From Candidatus Latescibacterota bacterium (GTDB lineage Bacteria > Latescibacterota > UBA2968), in the NCBI GenBank assembly GCA_965222605.1, contig OZ244960.1:4608001-4672000 (forward strand): a stretch of DNA of 64,000 bases. Direction: 5' to 3'. The notes under the pieces were generated by a model that had not been told where the DNA came from, searched no databases, and saw only the letters and a list, made by a program, of their open reading frames with translations. A program made the translations under genes and the position numbers. Each line of letters begins with the position of its first letter. The first letter of the stretch is position 1. Positions 48,781 to 58,541 of the stretch are shown here, piece by piece.

Positions 48781-50151
48781 TTATGTTTTGCGTTTTTCCT
48801 TTTTTGCCGCCGGGAAGAGAATATTGTTGAGTATGAGACGATAGCCCGGCGAATTTTTGTGCAGTGCGAGTTGTGTGGGCGGGTCGTTGACAAAGTGTTG
48901 ATAGTCTTCCGGATCGTGTCCGGCATAAAATGTGAATGTGCCTTTGCCGATGTTGCCGTGGATGTATTTGACGTGATCTGTGCCGGGGATGTCGCCCATA
49001 ATGGTGATGGATTTTTTGATGCGGTTTTTGCGAAAGGCCGTGGTTTGGCCCAAGAAGCCAGGGACGATGGGCGTGTGGTTTTGCGTGAGCATGGTGGGTA
49101 CGGGATCGTATTTTGCCGAAAATTCAAATAGTGAAAAGGCATCGATATCGGCATTTTTGATCTGGCTCATTTCAATGGGCGACAGGTCGATGTCGGCGTG
49201 TTCGTATTCGAGGGGGTCCATAACGAGGTTGAAATTTTCAAAGGCTATGGTGCGCGAAAAATTGAGTTTTTGATGCGACGATGGATCTGCGGGGTCACCG
49301 TCGTAAACGCTATCGACAATGTCGGTTCCGCGCGCGGAAAGGGCGATGTCAAATGTATCGGTGGCCGAGCACATGGCAAAGAGAAATCCGCCCTGCGCGA
49401 CGTAGTTGTAAATGGCCTGTGCCACCGCGCCTTTGAGGTGGGAAACTTTGGCAAAACCCAGTTTGAGGGCAAGTGCTTTGAATGCGGCCTGTTGTTGTCG
49501 GTACCAGAGGGTGTGACCGTGGCTGCGATAAAATTTGCCGTATTGTCCCGTGAAGTCTTCGTGATGTAAGTGCAGCCAGTCGAAGTTTTCGAGTTTGCCG
49601 GTGAGGACTTCTTCGTCCCACAAGGTGGTATAGGGTATTTCTGCATATGTGAGGGCCAGTGTGACGGCGTCGTCCCAGGGCTGTTTGTTTGGGGGGGTAT
49701 AGACCGCGATGCGGGGTGCTTTTTCAAGGCGCATGCGGTTCATGTTGCCGGATTCAATATCGGCGTAGATGCGCGTGGCCTGCGCGGCTGAGATGGCCTG
49801 GAAGGAGACGGCGCGTATTCGGGCTTCGCGCGCAATGGTTTCGTGGTTGTCGATGAGGAAGGAACCGCCGCGGTAGTTGAGCAACCACTCGACAGGATGG
49901 CCCTGCTGCACGGCCCAATACGCAATGCCATAGGCTTTGAGATGATCTGTTTGCGATATGTCCATGGGGATGAGAATTTTGCCGACATTCGCGCTTCCGC
50001 CACCAATCGCCGCGGTGCAGGTGGTTGATGTTGTTAGAAGGAAGAGCAATATAAGAAGTGTGAAGTGTGAAACGGTGTACAACTGGTCGCAGACCAGTTT
50101 ACTGTGAAGTGTGAAATATGTGTGTCTCGTATTATGCCGTTTTAATATCAT
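48781..50151 (-). CDS. exported class I glutamine amidotransferase-like protein (family often labelled 'asparagine synthetase B' in FCB genomes)
   Basis: Hydrophobic N-terminal segment; HLKAYG, PWDDAV, WLHLHHEDFTGQYGKF, GGFLFAMCSATD, GHDPEDY; ATG at 50151 lies inside the 26-bp repeat. Confidence 0.8.
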   Translation of the reverse strand: MILKRHNTRHTYFTLHSKLVCDQLYTVSHFTLLILLFLLTTSTTCTAAIGGGSANVGKILIPMDISQTDHLKAYGIAYWAVQQGHPVEWLLNYRGGSFLIDNHETIAREARIRAVSFQAISAAQATRIYADIESGNMNRMRLEKAPRIAVYTPPNKQPWDDAVTLALTYAEIPYTTLWDEEVLTGKLENFDWLHLHHEDFTGQYGKFYRSHGHTLWYRQQQAAFKALALKLGFAKVSHLKGAVAQAIYNYVAQGGFLFAMCSATDTFDIALSARGTDIVDSVYDGDPADPSSHQKLNFSRTIAFENFNLVMDPLEYEHADIDLSPIEMSQIKNADIDAFSLFEFSAKYDPVPTMLTQNHTPIVPGFLGQTTAFRKNRIKKSITIMGDIPGTDHVKYIHGNIGKGTFTFYAGHDPEDYQHFVNDPPTQLALHKNSPGYRLILNNILFPAAKKEKRKT

Positions 50152-50169
50152 CCCGCTTCCTTTGTTTTT
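50144..50169. repeat. 26-bp direct repeat, copy 1 (island boundary)
   Basis: AATATCATCCCGCTTCCTTTGTTTTT, identical to 52732-52757. Confidence 0.93.
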
Positions 50170-50200
50170 GGGTTCTTCTTGAGACGATAGGAATAGCACT

Positions 50201-50365
50201 TGTCATTGCGGCATGGTTTTAGCCGCCACGCGCAAGCACAACGCCAGTAATCCAGAAGGTTTTGAGCCGCTGATAGCTGGCTGCTGGGGATAGTACAGGG
50301 GCCGTTCCCTACGATGATATTATTAATCTGGTATTTGTAGGGGCGACCCCCTGTGGTCGCCCGCT
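50201..50365. repeat. cluster of palindromic repeats (interrupted GTCATTGCGGC..GCCGC..AATCCAG element plus back-to-back GTAG REPs)
   Basis: tgtcattgcggc atggtttta gccgc..aatccag (50201-50255); inverted degenerate REP ending CCCTAC (50312); GTAG GGGCGACC ccctgt GGTCGCCC (50337-50362). Confidence 0.7.
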
Positions 50366-50395
50366 GACTATGATTTCAGACCTTAATTGGGATAA

Positions 50396-50842
50396 TTAGA
50401 TCTCTCCCAGCAACTGCCTCGCATCAACACCCACATGTTCTTCCAACAATTCACGAAATGCCGCCAGTACTGCCAGAGATTTACTACGGTCTTCAGAGCT
50501 TTCAGAATAGAACAAATTCCTGACTTGAGAAAGAGGAAGTTCGAGAAATGGGGAGTAAAATTGAGCGCGTTTTGCCTGAACGTAATTTTCTGCTAGGTGC
50601 CTCAACCGAGCATCTACACCCAGAATCGGCTTTCTATGCCCATCTTCAATATTTTGAACGATCTTATCCAGTTTTTGAAAAAAAGCTACAAGGGTCTCTA
50701 TCGCCTGTTCTGCAGATTCTTTTCTATGTATATCAAGATACCCCTTGTCAGTCAATTTCCGGTGAATAGACAGGGTGTTGATCGCTGATAGGAGTTCCTG
50801 ACTTTGTTGGAAACTCTGAATAGCCAACCAATGTGCACTCAT
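50396..50842 (-). CDS. hypothetical helical protein
   Basis: 148-aa ORF with GAGGA RBS; amphipathic helical pattern; no recognised motif. Confidence 0.7.
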   Translation of the reverse strand: MSAHWLAIQSFQQSQELLSAINTLSIHRKLTDKGYLDIHRKESAEQAIETLVAFFQKLDKIVQNIEDGHRKPILGVDARLRHLAENYVQAKRAQFYSPFLELPLSQVRNLFYSESSEDRSKSLAVLAAFRELLEEHVGVDARQLLGEI

Positions 50843-50926
50843 CTGGTTTTTCCTCTGAAATACACTTTACAGAAATGGTTTGGTAAAAACTGAATTGGCA
50901 GATTCATTGAGTTGGCTACCGTTAGG

Positions 50927-51226
50927 TCAAGATACGTGGCTCAAGGTTGAGGCTGGTCGGATGCCAGCGGTAAGCCGCTGCTTTTCACTGGCCAGTTTGC
51001 GAAAGTTGCATTCGACCTGAAGTCCGTGCCAAAATTCGTCGGACTGGCCGAAGAAGGCACCAAAGCGGATTGACATGGCTGGGATGATCGAACGCCGGGC
51101 GTGAACGATTTCGTTTATTGTCTGCGGCGCAACTCCGATGGCGCGGGCCATGGCATTCTGCGAAATTCCCATTGGTTTGAGGTACTCTTTTAGGAGAATT
51201 TCACCGGGTGTGATGGGTGTTTTCAT
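50927..51226 (-). CDS. higA: HigA-family antitoxin
   Basis: [26 protein letters not shown]...INEIV...FWHGLQ. Confidence 0.92.
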   Translation of the reverse strand: MKTPITPGEILLKEYLKPMGISQNAMARAIGVAPQTINEIVHARRSIIPAMSIRFGAFFGQSDEFWHGLQVECNFRKLASEKQRLTAGIRPASTLSHVS

Positions 51227-51257
51227 GATTGCACCATATAAAAGGTTATAAGGGTTA

Positions 51258-51482
51258 TCAATGATAGTCAACGATAGCTACTTCCGCCGGTCCGGAATCC
51301 GTCCATCGAAAGACGATACGCCATTGGTCGTTGATCCGGATAGAGTGAAAGCCCGACAGATTGCCCCTGAGAGCTTGCAAACGGTTCCCCGGTGGAACAG
51401 CGAGATCGCTGAGTGTGCGAGCCTGATTCATTTGTTTCAATTTTCGCAATGCAACGCGAGATATAGCTGCAAACTCTCTCAA
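51258..51482 (-). pseudogene. higB: HigB (RelE/ParE) toxin, N-terminally truncated
   Basis: [20 protein letters not shown]...[15 protein letters not shown]...VDYH; the usual MIxSF..ETE N-terminus is absent and the frame abuts the parA stop. Confidence 0.78.
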
Positions 51483-52489
51483 GTTCTCCTGATATTGATT
51501 CTTTTCATGATCTTTTCTGCTAACACCTTGAAGTCTCGGCGTGCGTCATTTGCGGCGGCGGCATGACTGCCAATGGCTCCGTCGGCGTTGTTGAGGTGAA
51601 AAATGGGCTTGCGCGCTTCCTGGGCCATTGGTACCAAACTTCGGTAGTGCTTGACGGTGGCAAGGGCGTGTTTTTCATCTCCTGCTGGTGTTGTGGGGTA
51701 AGGCCCTTCATTGTCGTCCAGCAGGTTTCTTGCGTATTCTTTCGGCATTTGATTAACCCACTTATCATACGCCTTCACAGGACGGTTCAGACGGACGCTG
51801 TGCTGTTGCACTACATAGCCAACGGGTTGCATGGCTCCATTCGGTAGTGGAAAGTCCGGTTGCTCCCAGTTGTCCTTTCGCTGCTTCCAGTCTTTTCTCC
51901 ACCGAGTCAAGGTTGGACCAAGATTGCGCAGGCCCTGAAGCGAAAACAGGTCGGCCCCCAGCGGAACAATGATGTAATCGGTGGCAATCAGCGCGGAGCG
52001 ATTAATCGCACCAAGATTGGGGCCGACGTCGGCCAGGATGACAGAGGCATTCATCTGCTCTGCCCCGGACTGCATGATGGTCGAAAAGGCAGTCAAAATG
52101 CGGAAGGGGCGATACAGTTCGCTAGACCCCAATGCGTTAGGCCATTCTGCTGACAGGGTGTCTTCAAATCCGGCCAGTGCCAGATCTCCTGGTATCAGAC
52201 TCAACGTAGGTGTGATTTTCGTCAGGTTTGGGTCTTTAATATCCCCAACTTTTGTCAGAGGTTGGACGCATTGCAGAATAGTACACCCGTGTTCGTCTCG
52301 GCTTTCTTCCCACAGTTTTTCCAACCGGTCTTCATCCAAGAATGCGGCAGTGAGATTAGTTTGTGGATCGAGATCGCAGGCTAGCACCCGATAACCGATA
52401 TCGGCCAGCATCCACGCCAAATGATAGACAAGGGAAGTTTTGCCGACACCGCTTTTGTTATTAAAAAAAGTTAAAACAGGAATGCTCAT
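51479..52489 (-). CDS. orphan ParA-family ATPase
   Basis: [39 protein letters not shown]. Confidence 0.9.
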   Translation of the reverse strand: MSIPVLTFFNNKSGVGKTSLVYHLAWMLADIGYRVLACDLDPQTNLTAAFLDEDRLEKLWEESRDEHGCTILQCVQPLTKVGDIKDPNLTKITPTLSLIPGDLALAGFEDTLSAEWPNALGSSELYRPFRILTAFSTIMQSGAEQMNASVILADVGPNLGAINRSALIATDYIIVPLGADLFSLQGLRNLGPTLTRWRKDWKQRKDNWEQPDFPLPNGAMQPVGYVVQQHSVRLNRPVKAYDKWVNQMPKEYARNLLDDNEGPYPTTPAGDEKHALATVKHYRSLVPMAQEARKPIFHLNNADGAIGSHAAAANDARRDFKVLAEKIMKRINIRRT

Positions 52490-52697
52490 CGTTTTGCTTC
52501 CTTTGCCTTTACTATTACCCGTACAAAATTATTAGAAATATCAAATTCAGGCTCAGGATGTCCCGCCGCCGCTAATTGGTCTTTGGCGATTGGTATTCCT
52601 ACGCCAAAACGCTGGACAAGAATTCTTTGAACTCAACGTGGTCAGATTCACCAGTTGCGATGATTTGCAACAACTCTTCTTCTGTAAAATCTGGCAT
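52486..52697 (-). pseudogene. internally deleted AlbA_2/Schlafen-like ATP-binding protein
   Basis: N-terminal MPDFTEEELLQIIATGESDHVEFKE joined out of frame to C-terminal VQRFGVGIPIAKDQLAAAGHPEPEF...AKR*, whose TGA overlaps the parA ATG. Confidence 0.78.
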
Positions 52698-52731
52698 TGA
52701 ACTTGTTCCCTTCACTAACCATTACCGGCTA

Positions 52732-52757
52732 AATATCATCCCGCTTCCTTTGTTTTT
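52732..52757. repeat. 26-bp direct repeat, copy 2 (contains the TPR gene stop)
   Basis: Identical to 50144-50169. Confidence 0.93.
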
Positions 52758-54565
52758 TCGAGGGTCTGGATTTTTTGTCGAAGGTTTCGCAATCGCTCGC
52801 GGGCTATGTCGGCTTCGAGGCTTAAGGGATAGTTGACGAGCAAGATTTCATAGATTTTTTGCGCGTCGTAATATTGTCCGAGGTATTTGTCGTAGATCGC
52901 GCCCTGTGCGATATGTGCGGCGGGAGAAAGTGGGCTCTGAGGCTGTGTGGTGATGAGTTTGCGATAGGTCTGAAGGGCTTGTGGATAGCGTTTCTGGTCG
53001 GTGTAAATTTTGGCCTGATGGTCGAGCAAGCGATCCGCGAGAAAGGATTGCGGGTGGGCGCGATGAAGGGTTTCAAAAGCGCGCAATGCCCCGTTTTGAT
53101 CTTTTTGGCGCAGCTTGAGGCAGGCACTGGCATACGCGCTGAGCAGGGTTGAATCTGCGCGCTGGCCTTCTTGTAATAGCGCAGATAGGGCGATGGCGTC
53201 GTTGATGATGTCGCGGTTGAGATGTGTTTTGAGCACGGCGTCGAGCAGGGTTTGTGCCTTGTCGAGCTGGTCCGATAGAAAATGCAATTCGGCGAGGCGA
53301 AAGCGGGCTTCGATTGCTTCGGGAGCGGTAGCTTTTTCGGCGATGATCTGGTGGTAGATGTGTCGCGTTCTATCTATGCTGTTCGCCTGTAGATGTCCTT
53401 CTGCGAGTGCAAATAGTGCCTTGTATCGCCAGGTGCTGCGCCGATGGGTCTGGATCAGGTTTTGAAATGCTTGTTGAGCACCTGCGGCGTCGTTGAGGTG
53501 GTCGCGCAAGATGATGCCAATAAGAAAACGGGCTTCGTCGGCCTCTGCGCGGTTGGGATGACGGGCGATGAGGTCGCCATAGTGGTTTTGTGCATCGGCG
53601 GGCCGGTTTGCAAGCTGATATGCTTTGCCCAGGCCCAGTTGCGCGCGTGCCAGATGGTCGGGACGGTCTGCGCGGTCACATATCGCCCGATAAGCAGTAA
53701 TAGCGGTTGGGGGATTGTCATTGTCGAGGGCATAGCTCGCAATGCGGAACAGATAATTCCAGTTATTTTTTATGAGCGCGTTGGGCGAGAGCAAAAGGTC
53801 GAGCGTTTGCGCAATAAATCCAGCGGGCAGGGCGTATTCGATGAGCAAGCTGAGATGGGTTTGATCTTTGGGCGATGAGAGCAGGTCAAAGACCTCGGCG
53901 TGCCGGTCACCATTTTGGGCAAAATCGCGCAGGCGTGCTTCAACGTGTGCGCGATACTGCGGGTTTTGCTGAATCCAGATCAGATATTCGCGCACAGCAT
54001 CGGGATAATGGGCGCGGCGTTCGGCAAGTTCGGCAAGTTCGCGGGCAAAAAGCGTTGTGTTTTTGAGTGCGGTTCTCGCGCGGCGGTAGGTTTGTACGGC
54101 GCGTTTGTCGAGGTTGCGTTTGCGATAGCGGTCGGCAATGATGGCAAAGGGATGTGTTATGGTTGCATGCTGAAGCAGGGGTTCCCAGGATGCGGCTGCG
54201 GAATCTATTTGGCCCATTTCAAAGAGGGCGATGCCCAGGCGCAGGCGCGCGTTGGCATCATTTGGAACAGACGATAGGCGTTGGCGCAATAGCGCGGCGA
54301 CTTCGGCATGCCGACCTGCCCGCGATAGTGCGGAGTTGAGGCGCATGAGAAGGTCGGCGCGATGGGGATGCTGGATGTAAAGGCCGCGGTAGATGTAGAT
54401 TGCGCTTGTGAAGTCCTTTTTGGCTTCGAGGGCTATTGCGCGCTGGATCGCGGCATTGATCTGCTCGGTAGATGCGATGGCAGTGCCCACAAATAAGAGG
54501 AGGATTGCGATATAGCAACTCCCTCGAAAAAACCAGATTTTAGTTGTCCGTTGTCTTTTTCGCAT
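52736..54565 (-). CDS. exported tetratricopeptide repeat protein
   Basis: Signal-like IAILLLFVGTAIA; repeated TPR/YbgF-like helices (ARLRLGIALF, ADEARFLIG, EARFRLAEL, YPLSLEADIAR); start uncertain. Confidence 0.85.
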   Translation of the reverse strand: MRKRQRTTKIWFFRGSCYIAILLLFVGTAIASTEQINAAIQRAIALEAKKDFTSAIYIYRGLYIQHPHRADLLMRLNSALSRAGRHAEVAALLRQRLSSVPNDANARLRLGIALFEMGQIDSAAASWEPLLQHATITHPFAIIADRYRKRNLDKRAVQTYRRARTALKNTTLFARELAELAERRAHYPDAVREYLIWIQQNPQYRAHVEARLRDFAQNGDRHAEVFDLLSSPKDQTHLSLLIEYALPAGFIAQTLDLLLSPNALIKNNWNYLFRIASYALDNDNPPTAITAYRAICDRADRPDHLARAQLGLGKAYQLANRPADAQNHYGDLIARHPNRAEADEARFLIGIILRDHLNDAAGAQQAFQNLIQTHRRSTWRYKALFALAEGHLQANSIDRTRHIYHQIIAEKATAPEAIEARFRLAELHFLSDQLDKAQTLLDAVLKTHLNRDIINDAIALSALLQEGQRADSTLLSAYASACLKLRQKDQNGALRAFETLHRAHPQSFLADRLLDHQAKIYTDQKRYPQALQTYRKLITTQPQSPLSPAAHIAQGAIYDKYLGQYYDAQKIYEILLVNYPLSLEADIARERLRNLRQKIQTLEKTKEAG

Positions 54566-57500
54566 CTTCAATCAAGTTCTCAAAATACCGCCGGATGAGG
54601 GCCTGGTATTCGGGTGAGTACCCTTCTTTGAGGGCGTCGCGCATCAGATGGCGCAGGGGGTTGTCGGCTTCTCCCAAATCTGCGGGGAGCGATCCCGGTC
54701 CGCGATAGGTCAGATTTACGCCCGTGCGCGCCTGTCGTTTTTTGCTCTTTCCGCGCGATTTCATCGCTTGTTGGGCATCGAGCAGGCGGGAGAGTATCTG
54801 TCGCTGTCGCATGAGGGTTTGAGGAGCGACCTGGCGCTGGAGAAGTTCGCGTGCGGTTTCACGCATGTCGCTGGCAATTTTGCCCAGATCGCCGAGCATT
54901 TCGCGCTGTTGCCGCGCCAATTCGCCGCGCAGGGCATTGAGCGCGTCCCGGATGGCGCGCTGTTGAGCCGCGAGTTTTTGCCACGAGGGTTGGCCGCTTT
55001 GTCCCGGTTGTCCAAATAGATTTTCGGTTTGGGCATTGAGTGATCCCTGTTGTTGGGAGAGTTGGGCCATTTTTGCCATCATTTCTTCAAAGCCCGTGCC
55101 CGATTCTGATGATGCGAGTTGCCCCAGCGCGTTTTGTACCATCATGGCCGCGCGATTGATTTCTCCCATGGCTTCGCGGGCGAGTTGGGCCGCCTGGTTG
55201 GCATTGCCCGCGTTGAGTTGTTCGGCAGCGCCTTCCATTTTGTTCAGGGCCTGACCGAGGGCTGCCTGTGCGCTGGGGGGCATGAAGAAGGTTTTTTGCG
55301 AGGCGTCCATCAGGCGTTGTGCCATGCGCGATGCCCCGGTTATCGCACGCGCCTGGTCCAGCGCGAGGGGGGCGGTGTCGTCGCGGCTTCCCGCCTCATT
55401 GGCGCGTTGTGCCGTGTGTTCCTGCGCCTGGGATAAGGTGAGCAGGTCGTGCAATACGCGGTTGAGTTCTCGGGCGATTTCAGCTTTTTGTCGCTGGATA
55501 AATCGCTGGCGGGCCTGTGCGAGTCCCTGGCTCATGTTTTGCAAATCCCGGGCGAGAGAATCGCTACCTGAACGCGCGTTTTGTCGTTGCCCAAGGCCGA
55601 GGTCCTGTCTCACTTGATCCATGCGGGGGGTGAGTTGTTTGTTTTTTATTGCGATGGCGATCTGGTCGAGTTCGCCATCGGTGGGGCTGTCCATTTTTTG
55701 CGATGCCTGTTGAAGTTCTGTGTGCAATTGTTCGGTGTCTCGGGCGATTCGCATCTGGCGGCGGGCGAGTTCTTCGGTGGGGGCGCGTTCGATATTTTGC
55801 GTAATCTGATCCTGGGCATGGGCGAGTTCTTCGAGTTTTTGGTTGAGTGCGTCGAGGGTTTGTTGTTGTTGAACGCGCTGGAGTAGGGCGAGGGCGCGAT
55901 CGATGCTTTCGCGGAATTTTTCGCGCTCCATCTGAAATTGTTCGAGGGCTTCACGCACCATGTTTGGATCGGCACTTTTGATGGCTTCGTCCAATTTTTG
56001 CATGACGTCATCGAGTTCTGGCGTGCGGATTTGCGAGAGCAATGATTGCAGTTCTTCGAGTTTTTGCAGGGTGTCGTCTTCGAGCAATCCGCTTTCTTGC
56101 AGGCGGTCGAGTGCGCGGTCGAGTTGTTCGGCTGTAGATTCAATTTGTTCGGCGAGTTGTTCTTGCGTTTGACGCGCTTTTTCGAGTTCGCGTTTTTCCT
56201 GCCAATCGAGTTTGTCTTTGGAGAGCATATCGCGGGCGAGTTCTTTGAGGCGTGCGTCGAGTTCGCGCCCGCGTTGTTGCACGGCTTCGATCTCGTCGAT
56301 GCTTTCGCGCTGTGTTTTGTCTGCTTCCCGATGGATTTCAAACAGGCTGGGCATGCGAATTGTAAAGGTGGCTGTTTCCCCAAATGATGGTCTGGGATTG
56401 TTGTCATAAGCGCGGATTCTGTAGGCGACCTGATCGCCCGGTAGCAAGTTGAGATTAGACATGTTCCAGTGATAGGATGTCTCAATTTCGCGCCCGGGTG
56501 TTGTGACAATTGAAAGGATGTGGTCTGTGTCGCCATCTTTCTGGTATCTGAGTTCTAAGCGCGAGATGCCGTAGTCGTCAAAGGCTTCGACAACGAGGGA
56601 GACGCGCATTGATTCTGTGAGGTCGATGTCTTGTCCCGGGCGCAACAGGCGCACATCGGGTGGTTGATCGGGCAACGCGACGATGCGATATGCCACGGGG
56701 TCTTTGTTGGTGATCATTTGCGGATCGCGCAAGTGTACGCTATAGCGTCCATCTTTTTTTATTGTCAGGGTCGCTTGTGCAAGCGATGAAGATACTGCGG
56801 CGGGCAATTCGGTTGCGTCGTCAAATAGGAGCGCGGCCGATTCGAGGGGTTTGTTGGCTTCAATAGTCAATGAGACTTCTGTGCCGATTGGTACAATTAT
56901 ATCGCCGCCCTGTTGATCAATGCGGTCGGGCATGGCCGTATGCGGCGGAAATCGGTCGCGGTGCGAGATGCGCGTGACAATGGGGCGGGGGTGTACGGTT
57001 GCGGTGTAGGTGGGGGTTTGCGCGTCGTGGGCAGACAGGCGGTAGTCAAAGGTCCGCGTGACACTGGGAAAGTGATGAGATGCGCCCGCTTGTTTGATGG
57101 GCAAGACAAAGGAGGCCCATGTTTGTGTCTCTTTTGCGCGGATATAGAGACGCGCAGTACGGGGTATAATGCCCGCAAATTGTGCGGTGATGGCAAGGGG
57201 TTCTCCCCCGACGGTTTCAACATTGCCAGGTTGTAAAATTACGTACGTATCTGGCGGACGGGTGTATGGGGTTTGCGGGTTTGCGAGGCGTTTGGCTGCG
57301 CCGGATAAGGCCGTGGGCCATCCTGCGTGGAGCAATAGGCCCAATAGGGCGAGCACAACAACTGCGGTGGCGGTGCGAATAGGTGGCTTGCGATTGATGA
57401 GCGTTTCATAAGGGAGATGCTGTGTGGTGCGTTCTGCCTGGATAATTGCAGCATCGACGAGTGCGGTGGCGTGTTCTTCGCGGTCCCTTTGTCGCCACAA

Positions 57501-57830
57501 TTGGCGTGCGTTGATCAGGTGTTGCTGAAGGCCGCCAAAGTGTTGTTCCACGCGCAGTGCAATCTGGTCCAGACTGGGCGGTCTGATAAATGGCATGACG
57601 CAGAAGCGGGTGAGCAAGTATAAGAAGCACAGAACACACAGGCTCTCTAAAACAATTTTGAGGATTGGGCGCAGGTAGAATATCGATTCGAGGATGACGA
57701 GGATAATCCCCGCGCTGAGTATAAATACCAGCGCGAGGCCCACGCCCGTTAGCGCCCGATTCGCCGCGCTCAGTGTGCGCAGTCTTGTGAGGCGTTGGGT
57801 GAGTTTTTGATGTGCGGAGTGTGAGGTCAT
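54540..57830 (-). CDS. DUF4175-like membrane-anchored coiled-coil protein
   Basis: Three TM segments, Ig-like region (PDQPPDVRLLRP, DDYGI, PGDQVAYRIRAYDN), long Q/E-rich coiled coil, C-terminal YQALIRRYF. Confidence 0.8.
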   Translation of the reverse strand: MTSHSAHQKLTQRLTRLRTLSAANRALTGVGLALVFILSAGIILVILESIFYLRPILKIVLESLCVLCFLYLLTRFCVMPFIRPPSLDQIALRVEQHFGGLQQHLINARQLWRQRDREEHATALVDAAIIQAERTTQHLPYETLINRKPPIRTATAVVVLALLGLLLHAGWPTALSGAAKRLANPQTPYTRPPDTYVILQPGNVETVGGEPLAITAQFAGIIPRTARLYIRAKETQTWASFVLPIKQAGASHHFPSVTRTFDYRLSAHDAQTPTYTATVHPRPIVTRISHRDRFPPHTAMPDRIDQQGGDIIVPIGTEVSLTIEANKPLESAALLFDDATELPAAVSSSLAQATLTIKKDGRYSVHLRDPQMITNKDPVAYRIVALPDQPPDVRLLRPGQDIDLTESMRVSLVVEAFDDYGISRLELRYQKDGDTDHILSIVTTPGREIETSYHWNMSNLNLLPGDQVAYRIRAYDNNPRPSFGETATFTIRMPSLFEIHREADKTQRESIDEIEAVQQRGRELDARLKELARDMLSKDKLDWQEKRELEKARQTQEQLAEQIESTAEQLDRALDRLQESGLLEDDTLQKLEELQSLLSQIRTPELDDVMQKLDEAIKSADPNMVREALEQFQMEREKFRESIDRALALLQRVQQQQTLDALNQKLEELAHAQDQITQNIERAPTEELARRQMRIARDTEQLHTELQQASQKMDSPTDGELDQIAIAIKNKQLTPRMDQVRQDLGLGQRQNARSGSDSLARDLQNMSQGLAQARQRFIQRQKAEIARELNRVLHDLLTLSQAQEHTAQRANEAGSRDDTAPLALDQARAITGASRMAQRLMDASQKTFFMPPSAQAALGQALNKMEGAAEQLNAGNANQAAQLAREAMGEINRAAMMVQNALGQLASSESGTGFEEMMAKMAQLSQQQGSLNAQTENLFGQPGQSGQPSWQKLAAQQRAIRDALNALRGELARQQREMLGDLGKIASDMRETARELLQRQVAPQTLMRQRQILSRLLDAQQAMKSRGKSKKRQARTGVNLTYRGPGSLPADLGEADNPLRHLMRDALKEGYSPEYQALIRRYFENLIEDAKKTTDN

Positions 57831-57842
57831 GGGGATTAGCGG

Positions 57843-58505
57843 TCAGTGCGTCAGTGCCCAGACAATGACGTTGGTGCCCATTTTGAGGGCTTCTTGTCTT
57901 TTTTCGGGCGGGTCGTTGTGTACGTCGGGATCATCCCATCCATCGGCGATGTCGCTGCTCGTGTTGTAGAAGACGATCAGGCGGTCTTCGTGAAATAGCC
58001 CCAGCGCCTGGGGTGGGTCGCCGTCGTGTTCGTGGATTTTTGGCAAGCCGTTTGGAAAGTGAAACGGCGTCTTAAAAAGGTCAAAAGACGGGGGCAATTG
58101 GACGAGTTTTTTGTCGGGAAATGCGCGTTTGAGTTCCCGGCGAAAGGATTCGTCCAGGCCGTAGTCATCGTTGGCGAAGAGAAATCCGCCGCGTTCGAGA
58201 TAGAGGCGCAATCGCCGCAGTTCTTCTTCGGAGAATCGGATGTTGCCGTGTCCGGTGAGAAATAGCACGGGATAGGCAAAGAGGTGTTCGTCGGTGAGCG
58301 CGATCTGGGCTTCTTGTTCTGCGGTGCGGATGGGCGTGTGTTGTCTGATAAATGCGAGCAGGTTGGGGATTTCCGTTGGGCCATTGTACCAGTCGCCACC
58401 GCCGTCGTATTTGAGACGCGCGATGGTGAATGCCGCGGGCGGGTCTTGTAATTGGGCCAGGCAAGGTGCTGAGATTATCAGGAGTAAGAGAAAGAAATAG
58501 CGCAT
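57843..58505 (-). CDS. DUF4159 domain protein
   Basis: Signal peptide; IARLKYDGGGDWY, PVLFLTGHG, GGFLFANDDYG, GLPKIHEHD, MGTN. Confidence 0.9.
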   Translation of the reverse strand: MRYFFLLLLIISAPCLAQLQDPPAAFTIARLKYDGGGDWYNGPTEIPNLLAFIRQHTPIRTAEQEAQIALTDEHLFAYPVLFLTGHGNIRFSEEELRRLRLYLERGGFLFANDDYGLDESFRRELKRAFPDKKLVQLPPSFDLFKTPFHFPNGLPKIHEHDGDPPQALGLFHEDRLIVFYNTSSDIADGWDDPDVHNDPPEKRQEALKMGTNVIVWALTH

Positions 58506-58541
58506 GGTTTTTATGACGCGAAAAGGCGGTTTTCGGTTCCG

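Larger units (their letters stand above)
50170..52757 (-). mobile_element. small decayed island (AlbA-like remnant, ParA, HigBA, hypothetical) flanked by a 26-bp direct repeat
   Basis: Direct repeats, accessory and pseudogenised cargo, and loss of the G/T skew seen in flanking genes; no integrase visible. Confidence 0.72.

Noticed and set aside
48781-50151. Calling this gene asnB
   Set aside because: No N-terminal Ntn Cys or SGGLDS synthetase motif, and the protein appears exported.
51479-52489. Plasmid or chromosome partition locus
   Set aside because: No parB, parS or rep gene nearby; the context is a decayed island.
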